Origin: a virus
Taxonomy: Duplodnaviria; Caudoviricetes
Virus record (IMG/VR): IMGVR_UViG_3300037751_000128
Location: 1 to 47,098 of that record
Length of the DNA stretch: 47,098 nucleotides
Strand: one strand, 5' to 3'
Part shown: one piece after another, positions 1 through 8,188 of the stretch
Position numbering within the stretch: the stretch's first letter is position 1
Layout of the letters: each line of letters begins with the position of its first letter
The notes under the pieces: model-generated
Told to the model about the DNA's origin: nothing
What the model saw: only the letters and a program-made list of their open reading frames with translations
The model's database searches: none
Translations under genes and position numbers: made by a program

Positions 1-127
1 GCCGGGCAACAAGGGCTCCAGGCCGGCATGCAGGCGCAGCAACTCCAGAATCAAACTAGCCTACAGGGGATTCAGTCGCAACTCTACCAAGCGCAGGTAG
101 CAAAGCTTAATGCTGAACAAGAAGCTG
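1..127. repeat. Terminal direct repeat (copy at 46972-47098); circular assembly overlap
   Basis: Bases 1-127 are identical to the last 127 bases, and an ORF reads through the junction. Confidence 0.95.
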
Positions 128-1188
128 AAAGGCGCAGACAAGAAGCCCTTGGGCGCGTAGGTCAGTATTTCAACCAGCCACAGCCGCAGGTCGGGGTGTC
201 GGATAAATCAGCGCAAGCCATCGGTGCTCCGTGGGCCGCTGCCTCTACCCTGCCGCAACCCCAGGGTCCAGGTCAGATTCCTCCGCAAGAACTGCTGAAC
301 CTCTACTCTGCTGGGGTTGATGTTGGCCCGCTGATGAATATCAACAAATCCATGCAGCCGGAAACTGAGCAGGTAGACGCTGGCAACGAGATCCTGATCC
401 GCGACAAGCGCACCGGACAGGTGATGCAAAGAGTTCCGAAACAAGGTGCTCCATCCGCTTTGCCGTTCTGGCTGCAGCGTGGCCCTGGTGGGCAGTCCAC
501 CATTGACCAAGTAGCCTTTGGTGGGGCCAAGGATCTTAAGAAGGCTGGCGCGACCACCGTAACGCAAACGGTGGGTGGCAAGGAGGTAGACAAAAAGTTT
601 GCCGCAGATCACGTCGCTTTTGCTACCGGAGGGTATGCGGACCTCGTAAAGCAGGTCGGGCAGTTGCAGGAGGTATCCAAGGCGCTTGAGACCGAGGAAG
701 GGCTCACAGGCCCGGTGGTGGGGAACATTCCTCGCGGCGTGCGGAATGTCTCTAACCCTAGGTCAGTTGCTGTAATGGAAGCGGTCGAGGAAGTCGTACA
801 GAGGAACCTGCGCCTTGTCCTTGGCGCTCAGTTCACCGAGAAGGAAGGCGAACGGCTGATTTCTCGTGCGTATAACCCAGTCCTCCCGCAAGCGGAAAAC
901 AAGAAGCGCGTAGACCGCCTCATCAAGCAGATCCAATCTGCCGCCGAGGCGAAGCTAGATGCCTCGCGTTACTTCATGGCGAACGGCACCCTTGAAGGCT
1001 GGAAGGGCAAGACGTGGACGATGAAGGACTTCAACCCAGAGGCGGATGTGGCCCCTAAAAAGGCTCCTGCACAGACTCGTCAGCCGCCTCAGGATGCGAT
1101 CCGCAGGCTGAAGATGAACCCTAAAGAGCGTGCCCAGTTCGATGAGGTATTCGGCGAGGGCGCTGCGGCGCGCGTGCTAGGAAAGTAA
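1..1188 (+). CDS. DNA ejection/internal virion protein, 3' part (gene starts at 46831 and spans the origin, ~442 aa)
   Basis: ATG 46831 with AGGAG RBS reads in frame through the overlap into the 28..1188 ORF. Q/G/A-rich; second of three genes after the tail nozzle. Confidence 0.65.
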   Translation, partial: AGQQGLQAGMQAQQLQNQTSLQGIQSQLYQAQVAKLNAEQEAERRRQEALGRVGQYFNQPQPQVGVSDKSAQAIGAPWAAASTLPQPQGPGQIPPQELLNLYSAGVDVGPLMNINKSMQPETEQVDAGNEILIRDKRTGQVMQRVPKQGAPSALPFWLQRGPGGQSTIDQVAFGGAKDLKKAGATTVTQTVGGKEVDKKFAADHVAFATGGYADLVKQVGQLQEVSKALETEEGLTGPVVGNIPRGVRNVSNPRSVAVMEAVEEVVQRNLRLVLGAQFTEKEGERLISRAYNPVLPQAENKKRVDRLIKQIQSAAEAKLDASRYFMANGTLEGWKGKTWTMKDFNPEADVAPKKAPAQTRQPPQDAIRRLKMNPKERAQFDEVFGEGAAARVLGK

Positions 1189-2283
1189 ATGGCAAACCCT
1201 TACGCTAAATACGCGGACAACCCTTACGCGAAGTATGCGACGGATGAACCGGAGACTCCACAAGCCCCGCAGGAGCATTGGGCTTACCGCGAGGTCATGG
1301 GGCCCGGTGGGTGGGGGACTGGCTTCCCGAAGCTTGCTTACGATATTGGAGGCAAGGTTACTGACGTAGCCTCGAACATTGGACTCCCACCGGAGGCGGC
1401 TGCGGGGGGCGGGTACCTTGCAAACCTGTTTACTCAATTCCTGCCTTCGCTCTTTGCTTCTGGTCGTGTCGCAGATGCTCCAGCTCAATCGCTTTTAGGA
1501 GGCCCGGCTAAATGGCTCATGCAAAGTGCGGTAAAGCCAAAGACAGCGGACCTGGCTTCTGGGGCAGCTAAAAAGGCCGTCAAGACCATGCTAGCCGAAA
1601 GAATCAAACCGACTGTAGGCGGTATGGAAAAGGCTTCAAAGATCACCAAAAATTTGGACGAGCAGGTCGAGAAACTCATCGCCGGATCTCAGGCCAAAGT
1701 AAAGGTATCTGATATCACAAAAAGCGTGAGAGAGCCGTACAAGAAAGCTATAAGGCAGTTCAACCCCAGAGCGGACATGAAAGCCGTGCGGGAGGTTTTC
1801 GAGGAAGCCAAAGCGGCTCCTCTGCTGGCCGGTAAGAAGGAGATTCCTGTCTCTCTTGCTCATGCGCTCAAGAAGGGTACTTATAAGTCACTTGGGGGCA
1901 AGTCCTACGGGGAGGTAGGAACCGCTTCCACAGAGGCCCAAAAAGCGCTTGCCAGTGGAGCGCGCCAGGCGGTTGCGCAGGCCGTCCCGGAAGTAGCTAA
2001 CCCCTTGGCACGGCAAGCTGCACTTATGAACGTGCGAGATGTAGCCGGGCACCGGGCTTTACTGGAGGCAAACAAGAACCCCATGGGGTTAGCTGCGCTT
2101 CGCATGGACAACCCGTTGTCTGCCGCATCGTTCATGGCGGACAGGTGGGCGTGGTTAAAAGCTGCGTTGGCTTTGCAGATGCAGACCGGGGCCGCGCCGC
2201 ATGCCCTAGCCCCGCTGGGGATTGCTGCGGCTCAGAAGCCTGATCCTGAACTACTCAGGCAACTGGGGAACTTGCAGCGCTAG
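1189..2283 (+). CDS. DNA ejection/internal virion protein
   Basis: N-terminal NPYAKYA repeat, Ala-rich helical sequence, position at the end of the ejection gene block. Confidence 0.55.
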   Translation: MANPYAKYADNPYAKYATDEPETPQAPQEHWAYREVMGPGGWGTGFPKLAYDIGGKVTDVASNIGLPPEAAAGGGYLANLFTQFLPSLFASGRVADAPAQSLLGGPAKWLMQSAVKPKTADLASGAAKKAVKTMLAERIKPTVGGMEKASKITKNLDEQVEKLIAGSQAKVKVSDITKSVREPYKKAIRQFNPRADMKAVREVFEEAKAAPLLAGKKEIPVSLAHALKKGTYKSLGGKSYGEVGTASTEAQKALASGARQAVAQAVPEVANPLARQAALMNVRDVAGHRALLEANKNPMGLAALRMDNPLSAASFMADRWAWLKAALALQMQTGAAPHALAPLGIAAAQKPDPELLRQLGNLQR

Positions 2284-2420
2284 TGAGTAAATAGCCAAGA
2301 GGCTGCGAGAACCAGCCACAGTATCAGAAGCGGGATAAGCAGAAGAGCAAGCAAGTCGCTCGGCGGGAGGTTAACTAGGGTCTCCCAGGAGAAGTCTGAA
2401 AGGATGTCCTTCAGGCTCAT
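2280..2420 (-). CDS. Small single-pass membrane protein (46 aa), possible superinfection exclusion
   Basis: MSLKDILSDFSWETLVNLPPSDLLALLLIPLLILWLVLAASWLFTH; fills most of the intergenic gap, antisense to late genes; not in the ORF track. Confidence 0.55.
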   Translation of the reverse strand: MSLKDILSDFSWETLVNLPPSDLLALLLIPLLILWLVLAASWLFTH

Positions 2421-2461
2421 TTAGCTAGCCTAGCACAACAACAAGAAGGGGAAAACCCAAA

Positions 2462-3535
2462 ATGGCCGTACCCACCATCCTTACTGATTTATCCGTTACT
2501 GCGGCGAATAACTCGCCCGGCGGGTCGGAGACCGTAGGTAGTTCCCTGGACGACTACCTGAGAGGTATCCAGGCGTCCATCCGTGCCGGCCTAGCCCACA
2601 AAGGGGCAGACATTGCCTCCGCGACTACCCCCGACCTGGGCGCGATTGCCGGGCTTATGCACGACATTACAGGGACCACCACGATAACCGGATTCGGAAC
2701 GGTCTCGGCTGGGATCTGGAAGTTCCTGAAATACGAAGGCGAGTTAACGCTCACGCATAACGCCACGTCCATGATTCTCCTCACGGGGGCGGACAGGACT
2801 ACAGCGGTCGGAGACGTTCAGATCGTCATATCCGAGGGGTCTGGAAACTGGCGTGAATTGTCTTACGCCAGTGCCGGTGGTAGTGGCGATTTGCAAAGCG
2901 TTCAAGTCTACACAACCTCGGATACGTGGACGAAACCAGCGGGGCTAGTAAGAGCGCTCATAAAAGTACAGGCCCCGGGTGGGGGCGGTGGTGGAGCTGA
3001 TTCCGATGGAAGCGGATATGGCGGTGGAGGCGGCGGTGGGGGAGGTGGTTTCTCTCAGGTTCTAGAAGCGGCTTCCGCTTTAGGCTCGACAGAAGTCGTA
3101 ACTATTGGTGCTGTCGGAGCCGCTGGTGCAGATACAGGAGGAAACGGCGGGGCTGGAGGGACAACTTCCTTCGGTGCTCATGCCTCGTGTACTGGAGGGG
3201 CTGGTGGCACAGGAACTGGGACGGCTGGTGCGGCCGTACCGTTCGCACATGGCGGGGCCGGTGGGGCTGGTTCTCTCGGTGACGCGAATTCAGAAGGCGG
3301 TGACGGGAACAACGGCATCGGTGGGGTCGCGAACAACGGCATTGGTGGGAACGGTGGTAGTTCGTTCTTCGGTTCTGGCGGCAGAGGTAGTGGAGCCGCA
3401 ACGACTGGTGTAGCGGGCCTTGCAGGCAATCCATACGGCGGTGGGGGTGGTGGGGCTGGGGTTGGGGCAAACACAACCGGAGCCGCTGGTGGTGCTGGTG
3501 GTGCGGGAATCATTATCGTGTACGAGTACTTTTAA
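2462..3535 (+). CDS. Tail fibre/spike with glycine-rich domain
   Basis: N-terminal virion-anchor-like segment (DDYLRGIQASIR), then TWTKPAG...GGGGGG and GGAGGAGIIIVYEY, typical of phage glycine-rich fibre domains. Confidence 0.75.
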   Translation: MAVPTILTDLSVTAANNSPGGSETVGSSLDDYLRGIQASIRAGLAHKGADIASATTPDLGAIAGLMHDITGTTTITGFGTVSAGIWKFLKYEGELTLTHNATSMILLTGADRTTAVGDVQIVISEGSGNWRELSYASAGGSGDLQSVQVYTTSDTWTKPAGLVRALIKVQAPGGGGGGADSDGSGYGGGGGGGGGGFSQVLEAASALGSTEVVTIGAVGAAGADTGGNGGAGGTTSFGAHASCTGGAGGTGTGTAGAAVPFAHGGAGGAGSLGDANSEGGDGNNGIGGVANNGIGGNGGSSFFGSGGRGSGAATTGVAGLAGNPYGGGGGGAGVGANTTGAAGGAGGAGIIIVYEYF

Positions 3536-4857
3536 TGGCCCTCACCCTAAGAACAACAACCGAGACCGGGGCGACAAACAAGGGCGATGAGCTGACCTAT
3601 GAAGAGCTGGACGCTAATTTCGTCCATCTCAACAAATTCGTCCACACCGCGCACTACGGCACTGCGGCGGAATACAACACTGCGCTTGCGGCGCTCACCG
3701 GGACATTCGGCGTCGGGAAACTGCAATCCGCCGACTACATCAACTTCGACGACGACAACCAGTCGATGTATGTAGGGCATAACGCCGGAGGCTTCCCTTA
3801 CGCGACCAACACTGCCATCGGCAACACGGTTCTCGGGCACAACGCACTTCCCAATGTCGATAGCAACTCAGTCGGGGACAACACGGCTATTGGCGTCAAT
3901 ACATTACTTATCCTGACTACTGGGACACAAAATACAGCCATCGGCGCTGACGTACTTGATAGCTTGACTACCGGCAGCAACAACACCGGTGTCGGCGACG
4001 CGGCGCTGCTTAGATGCGTGACTGGCGTAGGCAACACGGCTCTCGGCAAGAGCGCGCTGGAAAACTGCCTCGCAAGCGCTAACACGGCGGTAGGTATTTC
4101 GGCTTTGCAAGCGCTAACCGTAGCGGTCAAGTGTACTGCTGTCGGCGAGAACAGCCTCACCACGCTTACGACGGGCGACCGCAATACGGCTCTGGGCGCG
4201 CAGTCGGGCAATTTGCTGACGGAAGGCGCTGATAACACGTTCGTCGGATACGAGGCAGGGGATGCCATAACCACCGCGAGCTTTAATGTAGCGGTAGGTA
4301 GCGGTGCTCTCAGTGCGGTGGCCGGTAATCAGAACGTAGCTATTGGGGCGGATGCGCTGCTAGTAGCAACGAGCGCAGACAATACTGCTATCGGAACTGC
4401 TGCGGGTTCCGCGTTGACGAGTGGCATCAACAACATCTTCATTGGCTCGAACGTCGAGACGGTGATGACGACCGGCAGCAAGAACATCGTTATTGGCTAC
4501 AACATCGCGACGCCGTTAACGAACCCCGACAACATGATTGTCATCGGCAACCTGATCTACGGGGTAGCCGCGAATACCACTGGAACCACGATCGCCAACG
4601 GAAACGTAGGTATCGCGACATATACCTTTGGTGACAGCGCAATACACGTTTTGGGAATTGGGAGTGGCACGGCACCGACGACTGGTCCGGCTGACACGAT
4701 CCAGATCTACTCATCTGATGATGCAGCCGGGCACACCATACCGAGTTTTTTCTGCGAGGGCACGAATGTGCTTGCAACAGGCCAAGCTGATTCAGCCTCA
4801 AGCGTACGCGTAAAAATGCGCATCAACGGCACCGTAGTCACTTTACTGGCGATTTAA
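3535..4857 (+). CDS. Second tail fibre/adhesin with ~14-aa NTAIG beta-roll repeats
   Basis: N-terminal KGDELTYEELDANF attachment-like motif and many NTA(I/V/L)G repeats. Confidence 0.7.
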   Translation: MALTLRTTTETGATNKGDELTYEELDANFVHLNKFVHTAHYGTAAEYNTALAALTGTFGVGKLQSADYINFDDDNQSMYVGHNAGGFPYATNTAIGNTVLGHNALPNVDSNSVGDNTAIGVNTLLILTTGTQNTAIGADVLDSLTTGSNNTGVGDAALLRCVTGVGNTALGKSALENCLASANTAVGISALQALTVAVKCTAVGENSLTTLTTGDRNTALGAQSGNLLTEGADNTFVGYEAGDAITTASFNVAVGSGALSAVAGNQNVAIGADALLVATSADNTAIGTAAGSALTSGINNIFIGSNVETVMTTGSKNIVIGYNIATPLTNPDNMIVIGNLIYGVAANTTGTTIANGNVGIATYTFGDSAIHVLGIGSGTAPTTGPADTIQIYSSDDAAGHTIPSFFCEGTNVLATGQADSASSVRVKMRINGTVVTLLAI

Positions 4858-5019
4858 ATGGATATGCAAAAACAGATAGACGCAATGGCCGAAGAACTTG
4901 CCGTGCAGAGAAATATTCTCGGTGCCCGGGCGATGCAATTGGCCGTCGCCAATGCTCAACTGCGGGCCGACTTGGAGGCCGCGAACAAGCGCATCGCAGA
5001 GCTTGAGAAGCCAGCATGA
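4858..5019 (+). CDS. Small coiled-coil protein (53 aa), possible fibre chaperone
   Basis: MDMQKQIDAMAEELAVQRN...; starts immediately after the fibre stop; below track cutoff. Confidence 0.5.
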   Translation: MDMQKQIDAMAEELAVQRNILGARAMQLAVANAQLRADLEAANKRIAELEKPA

Positions 5020-5034
5020 ACAACTGGTGCGTAG

Positions 5035-5280
5035 ATGGATAGCTGGAAAGACGTAGCGGGCTGGCTTTGGGCGCTGCTCCTGCTGCCCTTCGGCTGGGCG
5101 TTCAAGCGGATAGAGGGGGCTGTTCAGAAGCCGGATTTCGCGAAGCACCGTGAGCTGGTGCGCGAGGACATCCGCCAGCTCTATGCGAACGCCGAAGCCG
5201 ACCGCAAGCTTGTGCGCGATTGCGTTGACCGCTTGAGCAAGGAGATGCACGAGATGGAAATCCGATTATTCAGAAAGTGA
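5035..5280 (+). CDS. Membrane protein with N-terminal TM and coiled coil (holin/antiholin-like)
   Basis: Hydrophobic WLWALLLLPFGWAF; start of the lysis region. Confidence 0.5.
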   Translation: MDSWKDVAGWLWALLLLPFGWAFKRIEGAVQKPDFAKHRELVREDIRQLYANAEADRKLVRDCVDRLSKEMHEMEIRLFRK

Positions 5281-5284
5281 CGCC

Positions 5285-5698
5285 ATGCTAGAAGACCGCG
5301 ATAACTACGAAGACAAACGCAGCCGCGAAGAACTGCGCCCGGTCATCGGTGCGATCCTCGTAGCGTTGCTGACCATTGTGGTGGCGGTGGTCGCGAGCTA
5401 CGCCTACGCCGCCCCGAAGGCGCAGAGCCCGCAAGAGTGCGGCGTTGCCGCTGACATGGCTATCGTGGCGCGCTCGCTCGCGGCCGAGGGAATCGACCGG
5501 CGAAAGGCCGACACCATCATGAGCCATATCTACGACGTGACCGACTCAGAGCGCGCGCAGCAGTTGATGAACGCCATCTTAGCGACGGCATACCGCATGA
5601 CCGATACCTCGCCGCCGAACTTCGCGACGGAGCTGCTCGGCCACTGCATGCGCTCCGGCGGCAACATGGACGCGATGATCGGCGGGGCGGGGACGTGA
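5285..5698 (+). CDS. Hypothetical membrane-anchored/secreted protein
   Basis: TM segment VIGAILVALLTIVVAVVASYAYA followed by a helical domain with two Cys. Confidence 0.55.
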   Translation: MLEDRDNYEDKRSREELRPVIGAILVALLTIVVAVVASYAYAAPKAQSPQECGVAADMAIVARSLAAEGIDRRKADTIMSHIYDVTDSERAQQLMNAILATAYRMTDTSPPNFATELLGHCMRSGGNMDAMIGGAGT

Positions 5699-5728
5699 GA
5701 CTCGCCGCCATTCTCCTGCCTGTACGCT

Positions 5729-5821
5729 TGGCGGAAGGTGAAGGAATCGAACCCTTGACCCTGCTTAGGTGTCAGCCCAGTTTTCGAGGCTGGTTGCCAG
5801 ACCGTTCTAGCGCCACCTTCC
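5729..5821 (-). tRNA. tRNA-Ser(CGA) with 8/4 acceptor/T-stem fold
   Basis: GGAAGGTG/CACCTTCC 8-bp acceptor, AGGG-TTCGATT-CCTT 4-bp T stem, long variable arm, loop CT-CGA-AA, G73, encoded CCA. Confidence 0.88.
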
Positions 5822-5859
5822 GTTTCCCGACAATCAGGACGATGATCGGGATCGGAAAT

Positions 5860-5935
5860 TGGTGGAGAAGGTGGGCATCGAACCCACGACATCCTGGTTG
5901 CAGGCCAGGCGCTCTCCCGACTGAGCTACATCCCC
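5860..5935 (-). tRNA. tRNA-Ala(TGC), C33 variant
   Basis: 76 nt; G3:U70 Ala identity pair; CCTGG-CCTGCAA-CCAGG anticodon arm; encoded CCA. Confidence 0.88.
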
Positions 5936-6023
5936 CGCAATACAGAACTTCGGCTGCGGTTTCATCCACATTTACCCTGCGGCCAACAACCTCCGCAGGC
6001 ACCGAAGAACATTCGCGAATTTC

Positions 6024-6100
6024 TGGTGCTGCTGGACCGGAATCGAACCGTCAACCTCGGAGTTACGGGCTCCGCGCTCTGCCATTTGAGCTACAGCAGC
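6024..6100 (-). tRNA. tRNA-Thr(CGT), C33 variant with bulged T stem
   Basis: GCTGCTG/CAGCAGC acceptor, GCTC/GAGC D stem, CGGAG-CCCGTAA-CTCCG anticodon arm, encoded CCA. Confidence 0.85.
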
Positions 6101-6124
6101 GGTTGCGGTTCGTGTTCGGTTCAT

Positions 6125-6143
6125 GGTGGCGCGCATTATATCA
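6125..6143 (-). promoter_or_regulatory. Extended -10 promoter with GC-rich discriminator for the tRNA cluster
   Basis: Minus strand reads TGA-TATAAT-GCGCGCCACC, resembling stable-RNA promoters, ~35 nt upstream of tRNA-Thr. Confidence 0.7.
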
Positions 6144-6147
6144 GGAT

Positions 6148-6171
6148 TGGTGCCCCGACCAGGATTCGAAC
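6148..6171 (-). pseudogene. Isolated tRNA 3' end (T loop to CCA)
   Basis: Minus strand GTTCGAATCCTGGTCGGGGCACCA with no matching 5' half upstream. Confidence 0.7.
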
Positions 6172-6223
6172 ATGGTGGATTGTACATGAGACTCACCGTC
6201 TACCGCCGGATGTGCGGCTGGCC

Positions 6224-6676
6224 GTGACGCATCGGCTCGAACTAAAGACCGTCGCGATCCGCGACGATGGTTGCTTCTCCGCGGCGTTGTGGGACGGGCG
6301 CCCGTTCGCAGTCGCGCTCGAGCGCACCTTCGAGCACGGCGAGGCGGCGCATGGTAAGCGCATCGTTGTGCAGGCCGGGCTGGTGCTGTGCCGGCGCGAC
6401 TTCTACCACAAGGGCGGCTACGAGACCTTCGAGATAGAGATCCCTGAGCACGACAGGGTGCTCTTCCATCGTGGCGCGATCGAGGAGCACAGCCTCGCGT
6501 GCGTGATTCTCGGCGAGTCGTTCGGCGGCTTCGATGCGCTCAACAAGGCCTACAGCCAGCACGCGATCGACGATAGCGCGCGCACGGCACTCCTGGGGAG
6601 CTCGGTCGCCTTCGCCGAGTTCATGAAGCTCGCCGAGGGGCTGCGGGAGTTTCACATGCTGGTGTCTGGAAGGTAA
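6224..6676 (+). CDS. DUF5675-family putative endolysin
   Basis: GTG start inferred. ALER...FHRG....S.ACVILG matches the family H-x-G...GC(I/V)LxG pattern; directly upstream of a holin-like gene. Confidence 0.65.
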   Translation: MTHRLELKTVAIRDDGCFSAALWDGRPFAVALERTFEHGEAAHGKRIVVQAGLVLCRRDFYHKGGYETFEIEIPEHDRVLFHRGAIEEHSLACVILGESFGGFDALNKAYSQHAIDDSARTALLGSSVAFAEFMKLAEGLREFHMLVSGR

Positions 6677-6694
6677 ACCCGAAAAGGAGACGTT

Positions 6695-6871
6695 ATGCAA
6701 GCCGCACTTGAATTTCTCGCAGGAAAGAAAACATACCTAGTCGCCGCCGGGGTTGCGGTAACGGCCCTTGGAGCGTTCGCCGCCGGGGAAATCGACCTCG
6801 CCACCGCGTTCTTCCGGGCGCTGGAAGCCGCTGGCCTGGCAACCCTTCGCGCGGGGGTATCCAAGGTATGA
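6695..6871 (+). CDS. Holin-like protein (58 aa)
   Basis: AGGAG RBS; MQAALEFLAGKKTYLVAAGVAVTALG...GLATLRAGVSKV, two hydrophobic segments; below track cutoff. Confidence 0.6.
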   Translation: MQAALEFLAGKKTYLVAAGVAVTALGAFAAGEIDLATAFFRALEAAGLATLRAGVSKV

Positions 6872-7209
6872 AAACCGCCCGCTATCTGGTACCTCTCCTG
6901 CTGCTGGCGCTCGCAGGATGCGCTGCAAAGGCACTGCAAGACCTCACCCCACAGGACGCCATCATCGAGGCCAAGCTCGTCCTGAAGGGCTCCCAGGACG
7001 TTCTGGAGGCCAATTTGGACGACGGGGTCTATACCGCTGACGAGGCGGCCAGGAAACTCGCCCAGCTCGAGGGCTACTGGAAGGACATCAAGGAAGCCGA
7101 GACGCTGTTAGCTCTCGGGAAGGGGCTGGAGGCGAAGACCAAGGCCGATTTGGTCAAGTCGCTGGCCTCGGCCCTACGCCGTGAACTTGCCGAAAGGGCC
7201 AGACAATGA
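6868..7209 (+). CDS. Lipoprotein (possible spanin-like)
   Basis: Signal peptide with lipobox LAGC. Confidence 0.65.
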   Translation: MKTARYLVPLLLLALAGCAAKALQDLTPQDAIIEAKLVLKGSQDVLEANLDDGVYTADEAARKLAQLEGYWKDIKEAETLLALGKGLEAKTKADLVKSLASALRRELAERARQ

Positions 7210-7385
7210 CCTGGGAATATTGGCTGCTGAAGGGAATGGACGTAGCTCTCATGCACTTCTCGAAAGAGGAGGTACGGGAAAGACTTGCCGGCAAGAGCGA
7301 CGAGGAAGCTAACCGGCTGCTGGACGAGATGATCGAGGAAGGCTTTACCCGCATCCGTGCCAAGATCGCCGAGAAACGGGGCTGA
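7206..7385 (+). CDS. Hypothetical protein (59 aa)
   Basis: ATGA overlap with the lipoprotein gene; last rightward gene before the convergence. Confidence 0.5.
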   Translation: MTWEYWLLKGMDVALMHFSKEEVRERLAGKSDEEANRLLDEMIEEGFTRIRAKIAEKRG

Positions 7386-7449
7386 CCTTCGCCTGCTGCT
7401 AGGACCTACGGCAACATCGGCCGGGCATGTGGAGAACCGTCGGTTAGCC

Positions 7450-7941
7450 TCACTTGTTACCTTTCTGGTTTGCGGCGGTGACACGACGTTCTTTATAGTA
7501 GTCCGTGAGCGCCGACAGCCGTACAACAGGAGCGCCATCTACGAATTCAAGCTTGACGCCACGAGCAAGCTCTCGGCAACCGTCGAAGTCCTCCTGCAGC
7601 GCATCAGCCATTGCCGCGCCTAGCATGCGTTCTACCGGCGTAGGTTCACCTTCCGGCTGTGCCGCCTCTCTAAGCGCCGAGCGGATTGCCGCCTCAACGC
7701 GCTCCATACTCGTCTCTGCGCGGAAACCACCAGGATAATTCCAGCATCCCTCGGCAATCTCGCGGATTCGCTTGTCGTCAATCAGTCCACCTTCCGGGTG
7801 AACCTTTTCAAGCTTCCGCACGTACTCCAGCACTGCTTGGCGCCTAGATGGGTAACCTGCCCTCCATGGGTCATCCTGCTGCGCGGCGTACTCCATCGCG
7901 TTGAGCAGGTAGTCGAACGGACTGTACTTGGATTTATCCAT
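7450..7941 (-). CDS. Hypothetical early protein
   Basis: Start MDKSKY after a GGGAG RBS, within the track ORF 7450..8028. Confidence 0.55.
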   Translation of the reverse strand: MDKSKYSPFDYLLNAMEYAAQQDDPWRAGYPSRRQAVLEYVRKLEKVHPEGGLIDDKRIREIAEGCWNYPGGFRAETSMERVEAAIRSALREAAQPEGEPTPVERMLGAAMADALQEDFDGCRELARGVKLEFVDGAPVVRLSALTDYYKERRVTAANQKGNK

Positions 7942-8147
7942 TGCTCCCATCTCCAGTCGAGCTATCCTCCACAGTGTCCACGTAGACGTTGCCGGGATCC
8001 ATGTTGTGCCCGCTCCACTTGATGTCATCGGAGCCGTCCACTAGGGGCCTCCATCGCGGCATCCCGCGCCTCATCTTCGTTAGGCGCTTCGACCTCGATC
8101 ATGCCGTGTTCTGTCCAATCCTTCGACACGTACACCTTGAACTTCAC
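7934..8147 (-). pseudogene. Frameshifted small early gene
   Basis: GTG start with RBS; 214 nt (3n+1). Removing one base of the 8044-8047 homopolymer gives an open 70-aa frame that overlaps the next start. Confidence 0.5.
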
Positions 8148-8188
8148 TGATCGCTCCCTATGTCGTGTGCATTCGGATTCTTTAACGC

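Noticed and set aside
2940-4560. Gly-rich and NTAIG periodicity as DNA repeat elements
   Set aside because: Protein-level fibre repeats with divergent codons; the antisense Pro-rich ORFs are shadows.
5948-6007. Hammerhead ribozyme or known riboswitch
   Set aside because: The CUGANGA core is absent and I could match no riboswitch consensus; kept only as an unknown structure.
5695-6196. Track ORFs 5695..6189, 5772..6002, 5972..6196 and the 5' extension of 6026..6676
   Set aside because: They are shadows of the tRNA genes.
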